A stretch of DNA of 64,000 nt, taken from positions 1,208-65,207 of the forward strand of contig DXLQ01000001.1 in the NCBI GenBank assembly GCA_019414685.1, written 5' to 3'. How positions within the stretch are numbered: position 1 is the stretch's first letter; each line of letters opens with the position of its first letter. Shown here piece after piece: positions 57,561 through 64,000 of the stretch. Under the pieces are notes generated by a model that had not been told where the DNA came from, made no database searches, and saw only the letters and a program-made list of their open reading frames with translations. A program made the translations under genes and the position numbers. This stretch comes from Collinsella sp. GTDB taxonomy: Bacteria; Actinomycetota; Coriobacteriia; Coriobacteriales; Coriobacteriaceae.

Positions 57561-60500
57561 CTAGTGAGGCTTATCAGAATTGACCTCATCGGCGGTGTCT
57601 TTTTCGAGCGCCGTGCGGCGGGCACTGTAGGCGACGAGGCCGGCGCCTGCCGCGGCGAGTGCTGCTGCGGCTGCCGTAAGGGGAGCGTTGACGTCGCCCG
57701 TGCCCGCAAGCACGCCCGCTTTTCCGGAGCGCTTGTTATTGCCGTGATCCTTGCCACTGCTGGAGCTGCTTCCGCCGGAGCCGCCGCCCTTGTCAGTACC
57801 GCCGCCACTTGAGCCGCCATCGCCGTCTGCTGTCATCGGAGCATCGTGAAGTCCTGTCGTATCCGCGCTGCCGCATACGCCGACCTGAGCTTCTGAGCGC
57901 TCGCATGCCGCGTCGGGCACATGAAGCTCGTGCAGTACGGGACCCAGCGCCGAGTTTGCGCCCGGTCGAATTTCCTCGAGCGTTACGGGATCGAGCGCCA
58001 CCAGATTACGCGCCTTCGCATACAGCGTTACGCGTTTGCCCACTTCGTCGCTCCAACTCTCGGGGATGGCGAAGCTCATGCGGAATTGTGCCGTGCAACC
58101 CGGTGCCAGCACGGCGTTGCCGTTGTCGGCTACCAGCGGGTGCGTTGCAAAACGTGCGCCCAGCGTCTCGAGCGCGTACTTCACGTGTGCCATATCGTTG
58201 GCCGAAGCGTCCTCGGCAAGCTCTGGATCGTAGATCGATGCCATGCGTGCGTTCACTCCGAACCCGATGGATGCGCTGGAGAACGGCTGACTGGAGCCCT
58301 CTCGGTACAGATCGATCGTGCCGGCGGTCAGCAAGGTGTTGCCGTCGTTTCGCACCGTGACCATGAAGGATTCGCCTGCTGCTCCGGGCACCACCGCGCC
58401 CGAGGTAGCGACTGCGCCCGTCGGAGTGGCACACGCCACCAAGGGCACTTCGATGCCGTGTAGTTCTGCCTCGCTCTTCTCCGCGCTCACAATGTGCGTG
58501 GCGAGCGCGGAGAGCATGCTCCCCGACGTCAAAAATGTCGTTATCTGATCGACGGGATGGTCCAGCTCGCACATCACGAACGGCTCCGTGAACAGATCGC
58601 CTGCCAAGGTGCTGGCGAAGATGCGGAAGTGCTTGCCCATCACTGCTACCGGGTTGCCTTCTTCGTCGTAGGTTTGTCCCACCTTGCCATCGGTGTTCTC
58701 TACATAGAGCACGCACCTGCCGTTGTTGCTTACGCTGAACGATGCCGGGCCGCAGCCTGCGGCACCCACGGGCTGCGTTGCAAATACCGATGCGCCTCGC
58801 GTCCAAGTAATATGCTGCAGTTGCTCGTTGACGGTTGCCAAAAAGCCCGAATGTTGTGGCCATGGCACCGCACGGGGTACCGTGGCGTCTGGTGACATAA
58901 CGCCCCAGCCCGCAATGGACTGGCCGATCACGGCGTACGATGTGCAGCCGCAACCGTCTGCGGTCTCGTACGCAACGGGCACCACCATTTTGCCGTTGAT
59001 ATTCTCGGGCGCGCCGAGCTCGATGCTCGACGGTGCCTGCGGAAAGCGGAGAACTTGGCGGAACGTCAGGCTGTCGCCCGAAACGTCCGACCACAGGGTA
59101 AAGCACTCCAGCGCAACCTCGGCCTCGCTGCCGAGCGCCTTTTCTGCGGTGGTTCCGCGGCGGTGGAGGTAGGCGCCCGACAGGCGCCCGTTGACAAGTG
59201 TCTTGCCCACCGTGATGCGTGGGCACTGCAGGCAATGGTAGCCATCCTCCTGAAGGCGGCCGCGCGAGATGCTGCGCCACGACGTGTGCGATACCACGCG
59301 AACTCCGTCGTTGCTTATGCGCAGGCGCACAACGGACAGTATGCCGGCTGTGCTTGCCATATCGAAAAGGGTGTCGTCGCCGGCGGGGCGCTCGCCCGAG
59401 ACCAGCAGCACGTAGGCGTCCTGGTTTCCTCTTCCGTCCGTATATTCCACTACGTCGAAGTCGTAATCGTATATGCTGTCGCGCTCCACGTCGCCCTCGC
59501 CAAACCCAAGGGGAAAGTCCACAGGCGTGGGAGCGGACCACGTTCCGTTTGCCTTTGTGTGTACCACCAGGCGCGAGCGACCATTGTCGCCGTAGCGCAC
59601 CGAGGCGATACGGAACAGGCATTCTACGCCGGCAATCATTGCCAGCTTCATGTGGGCTTCGCTGAGCACGCCAGCAAACAGCACGTTGTCGCTCGAGGGC
59701 TTGATGCCGCCACGCTCGTCCTCCGACACGCCGGCAGAATCGGCGTTCGGGTCGGCAACGGTGTTCGTTGCCTGACCGATGTAGGTGTACTCATACATCG
59801 GCGCGGCGTTTTCGTCGTTCTCTATCAGTGCATGGACGAAATGCTCGACCTGTCCCGTGTCGTCGCTTTCTGCATCCGCCTCGAGCTCAATGCGCGTGAC
59901 CGCTTGATCCCAATCGCGCACGACAGGCGCGGCGTTTACGGCAGTGGCCTTAACCTCGGCGCGTGCGAGCAGTTCGGCGTTGGTGACGATGGTGGCCGAT
60001 GCGATAAATTGCGGCACACCACCCGCCTCGGCGTTGCCGGCCGAGCCGAAGCAGGCATCCAGCGTATAAGGCGTATCTCCATCCAATGCGAGCTCAGAGC
60101 GCTGGAGCACATACTGGTCGCCATTGTTCACCGACATATTCCACGAATCGATGAGTGTGGGCCACGACCCCGACCAAGCCTTGGTGGTCCACTTGAACAT
60201 TACGAACTGGAGTATTACATCGACATCGACGTCTGCACCTACACGCAGTCGCGGAAGCTGGTGTCCATTTGCCTTTTCGTACCCAATGAACAGCGTGAGG
60301 GATGCGGCGCCGCGCACGGCAGACGAAGCGACGCCTGCAACGCCGGCGCCAAAGGTGACGGCAAGCCCGATCTGAATGGTGAACGAGCCCGACGTGTTTG
60401 AATAGTCGAGCGAAATGTTTTTAAAAAACGCCGCGCCGCTGCCGTGCGTGTGGGCACCCACGGCGAGCGCCAGTTTTGCCAGCACCCAGGGGTTGACGTT

Positions 60501-61928
60501 TAGGAAAAATGGCACCGGTCCTAGGGTAAACTGCTCGGTCCAATTGAGGTCGGTTCTTACCTGGAAGAGGGCCTTAATATTGCCGTATGCGGGGTCGTTG
60601 TTGTTACCCCAGGTTTTGCCCACCCAATCGTAGGCGAGCGAGCCGTACAGCTGTGTGGCGATATCCATCGTGAACAGCGGCGTGCAATGGTGGCGAAGGA
60701 GCTTGGTGTTTCTTGGATCGGTGCCCGAACCGGCACTCATCCTCTTGTACTGATTCCACTTCCCTTCCATCTCGTCGAGGTAGCGGTTTGCCTGCTTGGC
60801 GCCCGACTCGCGCGGCGATTTCTTCCAGTATTCCGGATCAGGGTTGCCCGAATCGTTCATATAGCTAGCTGGTTTGTACCCTCCGCCAAACAGCACGTAT
60901 CCAGCAAACGAGAAATCGAACAGAATGGGAAATGTGGGCATCCAGCACGTGAACTTATTGCCGCCGATACCGGGAAACGCCGCGGGGAAATCAAACGGAG
61001 TGATCTCTTGGTCCATGGTGGTGGGAATGATGGTGGTCGAGCCCGATTCCGCCTTTGCGGCCGGCGCGGTGACAACGGTCATAGGGGATGAGAGCGTGTA
61101 GGTTTTGCCCTGGTAGTCGAGCATAAAGCGCAGCTTGCACCCTTCCTCCAGAAGGCCCGAAGCTGCATCGAGGAACGTGTCTTCGAGCGTGAACGTCGCC
61201 AGATTATCCGCGCCCGATGCGCTGGCCTTGATCTGGCCGATCTGCGTGACGGTTTCGGTTGAGCTGCCCGCAGAGGGCATCACTTTATTGATATGCAACG
61301 TTGCCTGCCCGCCCTGCGGCAGATGAGCCTGCACGGTAAAAGCGTGCGTGTCGGGCTGGTCGTTTGCTGCTTCGTCCGCTGGCATTGCCATAAACGTGGC
61401 GTCGGCGTACTGGATGTCCCATTCGTCGAACGTGAGCTGTCGAAAGTACGGCTCGCCATCGGAGAGCGGACGTGTGGGTGCGGTAATAGCGGTGCCGCCC
61501 TGGATACGCGCAAGGGGAATCTCGACATCGCGGTAGCCCGCCATGCTAATGGAGATGCCGCCGTTAAAGTCGTACGCGTCGAGAAGCGTTGCCTCGTCCA
61601 CGTAGTCTTCCGAAAGAGGGGCGACCTCAAAGATGGCCGTGCCTTCGTCATCGGTCGTGGCGGTGAGCTGCTTGCCTACGGCATAGCGCGATGTGAGCGT
61701 GACCTGGGCACCTGCGATGGGCGTATTCTTGTTGGCGACGTCGACCACGACCACACCAAACATGGTGCGCGAGAGAACGAGCACCTTGAAGGGGTCTTCT
61801 TCGTCGGCATAGGCCGCGGTGGGCGCGAACGGCAGCAGGAAGGCATTTTCGCTTCCCGGCACGCGAGGCAACATAATGCTCGCCAGCGAGGACGCTCCAG
61901 CAACAAGTAACGAACGGCGATCAAGCAT
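57561..61928 (-). CDS. Large surface protein (1455 aa) with twin-arginine-like signal and LAXTG-type sorting signal
   Basis: MLDRRSLLVAG...AAYA; C-terminal Gly/Ser linker, LAGTG, hydrophobic helix, ARR. Confidence 0.8.
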   Translation of the reverse strand: MLDRRSLLVAGASSLASIMLPRVPGSENAFLLPFAPTAAYADEEDPFKVLVLSRTMFGVVVVDVANKNTPIAGAQVTLTSRYAVGKQLTATTDDEGTAIFEVAPLSEDYVDEATLLDAYDFNGGISISMAGYRDVEIPLARIQGGTAITAPTRPLSDGEPYFRQLTFDEWDIQYADATFMAMPADEAANDQPDTHAFTVQAHLPQGGQATLHINKVMPSAGSSTETVTQIGQIKASASGADNLATFTLEDTFLDAASGLLEEGCKLRFMLDYQGKTYTLSSPMTVVTAPAAKAESGSTTIIPTTMDQEITPFDFPAAFPGIGGNKFTCWMPTFPILFDFSFAGYVLFGGGYKPASYMNDSGNPDPEYWKKSPRESGAKQANRYLDEMEGKWNQYKRMSAGSGTDPRNTKLLRHHCTPLFTMDIATQLYGSLAYDWVGKTWGNNNDPAYGNIKALFQVRTDLNWTEQFTLGPVPFFLNVNPWVLAKLALAVGAHTHGSGAAFFKNISLDYSNTSGSFTIQIGLAVTFGAGVAGVASSAVRGAASLTLFIGYEKANGHQLPRLRVGADVDVDVILQFVMFKWTTKAWSGSWPTLIDSWNMSVNNGDQYVLQRSELALDGDTPYTLDACFGSAGNAEAGGVPQFIASATIVTNAELLARAEVKATAVNAAPVVRDWDQAVTRIELEADAESDDTGQVEHFVHALIENDENAAPMYEYTYIGQATNTVADPNADSAGVSEDERGGIKPSSDNVLFAGVLSEAHMKLAMIAGVECLFRIASVRYGDNGRSRLVVHTKANGTWSAPTPVDFPLGFGEGDVERDSIYDYDFDVVEYTDGRGNQDAYVLLVSGERPAGDDTLFDMASTAGILSVVRLRISNDGVRVVSHTSWRSISRGRLQEDGYHCLQCPRITVGKTLVNGRLSGAYLHRRGTTAEKALGSEAEVALECFTLWSDVSGDSLTFRQVLRFPQAPSSIELGAPENINGKMVVPVAYETADGCGCTSYAVIGQSIAGWGVMSPDATVPRAVPWPQHSGFLATVNEQLQHITWTRGASVFATQPVGAAGCGPASFSVSNNGRCVLYVENTDGKVGQTYDEEGNPVAVMGKHFRIFASTLAGDLFTEPFVMCELDHPVDQITTFLTSGSMLSALATHIVSAEKSEAELHGIEVPLVACATPTGAVATSGAVVPGAAGESFMVTVRNDGNTLLTAGTIDLYREGSSQPFSSASIGFGVNARMASIYDPELAEDASANDMAHVKYALETLGARFATHPLVADNGNAVLAPGCTAQFRMSFAIPESWSDEVGKRVTLYAKARNLVALDPVTLEEIRPGANSALGPVLHELHVPDAACERSEAQVGVCGSADTTGLHDAPMTADGDGGSSGGGTDKGGGSGGSSSSSGKDHGNNKRSGKAGVLAGTGDVNAPLTAAAAALAAAGAGLVAYSARRTALEKDTADEVNSDKPH

Positions 61929-62083
61929 CTTGGGCTCCCATCCCGCAAATATCGGTGGAAATAATCCAATTTTGCGAGAAGACGCTTCGTGGCGGTAGTG
62001 CCGTTCAAGGGTCAAAATGTCCAAATTGATCGAGCGAAGCGCCGGGTTCCGGAACGCGTTCGATGCGCTTGGCAGCCCGGTCG

Positions 62084-63088
62084 CTAACGCAACATGTGCG
62101 CGACCAGCTCGGCGCGTGTGCCGATGCCAAGCTTTGCGTATACGCCGGATAGGCGGTTTTTGACGGTGCCCGGCGATACTCCCATATGGCCTGCGATTTC
62201 AGCGTTGGTCCATCCGCGGCAGGCGAGCATGGCCATGGTGAACTCTGTGGTCGTTAAATCGTCGGCAACGTCCTCGCCCGAATCGGGGTTGTGGATGCGC
62301 CGCCAGCCGTAGCTGAAGCGGTACGTGATCTCGATGATGCGTGCGAAGGCGTCAGGGTATTGCGTTTTTAGGCATGCCTCGATGAGCCCCTGCAAAAGGC
62401 CGTGGTGCTCGCCAATGAGCTCGATAAGTCCGTCGGGGCGCGCAATGTCCCAAGCGGCTCCAAAATGCGCTTTTGCGGCGTCGATGTCCTTGAGGCTCAT
62501 GCATGCCATGGAAGCTGCCAGGTGCAGGAACAGTTCCGAGATGGGATAGCTTCCCTGTTTCATAATTAGGGCGTTTTCCGCCATGCCCAGGCTGCGGCCG
62601 TATTCGCCGCGCAGATACAAGGCGTGCGCCATCACGTAGCTGGCGAACAGTCGCAGGCCTTCGGGTAGGTGCGCCGCAAGTGGATAAAACTCTTCGGCAG
62701 AATACGGGGAAGGCAAGTGCAGCAGGACGCTCGCGGCCGAGGCGAACAGGATATGCGTGGCGTGGACGGCGGGCGATTCCTCGTCGGCCGGCGTATCGAG
62801 GATGCCCGCAAGGCACCGGCGGGCGTCGGCGATACGGTTGAGCGACAGACTGGCGTATCCGCAGATAAAGCATGCGGAATAGCGCAGCGCGGGATCGGTG
62901 ACGTCAAGATAGGGGTGCGCCGTCTTGGCGGCGAGTGCGGCCTGTCCGCGAAAGTACAGCGCTTCTGCCGTGGCGATGGCGCGTGAATCGGGGTCGGAAA
63001 TGCCTGCAACCGCAGCGTCAATCTGCCCCGGCACAAAGGCGGTGCACATCAACGGCATGGGAACGCATGGGTAGCCATCGCAGTCCAT
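62084..63088 (-). CDS. LuxR-family regulator
   Basis: C-terminal LTTTE..MAMLACRGWTNAEIAGHMGVSPGTVKNRLSGVYAKLGI; start uncertain. Confidence 0.85.
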   Translation of the reverse strand: MDCDGYPCVPMPLMCTAFVPGQIDAAVAGISDPDSRAIATAEALYFRGQAALAAKTAHPYLDVTDPALRYSACFICGYASLSLNRIADARRCLAGILDTPADEESPAVHATHILFASAASVLLHLPSPYSAEEFYPLAAHLPEGLRLFASYVMAHALYLRGEYGRSLGMAENALIMKQGSYPISELFLHLAASMACMSLKDIDAAKAHFGAAWDIARPDGLIELIGEHHGLLQGLIEACLKTQYPDAFARIIEITYRFSYGWRRIHNPDSGEDVADDLTTTEFTMAMLACRGWTNAEIAGHMGVSPGTVKNRLSGVYAKLGIGTRAELVAHMLR

Positions 63089-63155
63089 CTTCCATCTCCC
63101 AACAGCTGGCAACAATGCAGCAATTGTACTCCTGTTGCTCGGGACCCCTTTCGTT

Positions 63156-64000
63156 CTACTGTTCGGTTAACGCTGCGGATCGTTTTGGAAGGCTTGCGAG
63201 CATGGTGGTCCCGTTCTCGGAACTTGCTTCGACCTCTACCGTGCCACCGTGAAGCGCTGCAGTCTCCCAAACGAGCGCTAGTCCGAGTCCTGCGCCGCCA
63301 TATGCCCTACTGCGGGATTTGTCTAGACGAAAGAACGGCTGGAAGATGCTCTCACGGTACTGCTTGGGTATTCCCGGGCCCTGGTCCTCGACTCGCAGGA
63401 ACACATGGCTGTCGTTGTCGCAGATGGAGACGTTGACAGTCGAGCCGGTGCGGCTGTAACGGATGGCATTTTCGACCAGGTTAAACACCAGCCGATAGAG
63501 GAGCGTGTCGCTCCCGATTACTAAAGCGTCTCCAGCACAATTGAGGGCTATGCCCTTATTTTCGGCAAGTGGCGCAAGGTCGGTGAGGACCTCTTCGGAC
63601 AAAGGACCAAGTTCCACATCGTCCTCGCAAGGGACGCTGCGGAGCTCACTCATCTCAAGCAATACCTTGGCCATTCGAGACATGCGCTCGGTTTGTTCTT
63701 GTAGCAGGCCGAGCAGCTCGGCTGTTTCGGGTTGCAAACCGGAGTGCTCGGAGATGAATAGTTCAATCTGTGCTTGCATAAGGGCGAGCGGGGTGCGCAG
63801 CTCGTGTGCGGCGTTGCCGGTAAACTGACGCTGTGCAGAGAATCCTTCGCCAAGACGGGCGATCATGTCGTTGAAAGAGGCGCTGCATCGTTGTAGCTCG
63901 GTGGGCACATCTTCATTGAGTCTGATTTCGCTTAGGTTGTCAGGCTGCACACGCTCAACCTGGGCTGCAAAAGCCCGTAGCGGTTTGAGTGCACGGCCGC
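63156..64000 (-). CDS. Sensor histidine kinase, 5' end outside window
   Basis: AAHELRTPL, NLVENAIRY, DQGPGI, FFRLDKSRSR, GAGLGL. Confidence 0.9.
   Translation of the reverse strand, partial: GRALKPLRAFAAQVERVQPDNLSEIRLNEDVPTELQRCSASFNDMIARLGEGFSAQRQFTGNAAHELRTPLALMQAQIELFISEHSGLQPETAELLGLLQEQTERMSRMAKVLLEMSELRSVPCEDDVELGPLSEEVLTDLAPLAENKGIALNCAGDALVIGSDTLLYRLVFNLVENAIRYSRTGSTVNVSICDNDSHVFLRVEDQGPGIPKQYRESIFQPFFRLDKSRSRAYGGAGLGLALVWETAALHGGTVEVEASSENGTTMLASLPKRSAALTEQ

Overview
High-GC chromosomal segment, most consistent with a Coriobacteriia gut actinobacterium such as Collinsella (inferred from gene content and codon style, not a database hit). 1-33.9 kb is mostly core housekeeping: rplM-rpsI-glmM, PTS EIIA, nagB, a large NTPase-BTAD regulator, a metF/split metH operon, type III glnA, tRNA-Glu, a fused MurT-GatD, an Fe-ADH with two glycerol dehydrogenases, ychF, asparaginase and guaA. 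Several palindromic and tandem repeats lie between these genes. From the guaA 3' end to about 50 kb is an integrase-less accessory patchwork: an orphan LanFEG-type lantibiotic immunity module with a two-component system, a candidate type III (RNA antitoxin) toxin-antitoxin locus, a yjdF riboswitch and gene, MerR/TetR/HxlR redox modules, three tandem class-M-like sirtuins, several gene fragments, an LPXTG protein and AAA ATPases with upstream repeat arrays. An atypical type IIA topoisomerase operon, a lipoprotein, a 1455-aa Tat plus LAXTG surface protein, a LuxR regulator and a partial histidine kinase follow. Best novelty candidates: (1) a TenpN-like toxin preceded by two sequence-divergent but structurally matching H-type pseudoknots (39076-39686); (2) the macrodomain-free triple sirtuin operon; (3) a one-sided C-to-T codon skew next to a 134-bp palindrome.
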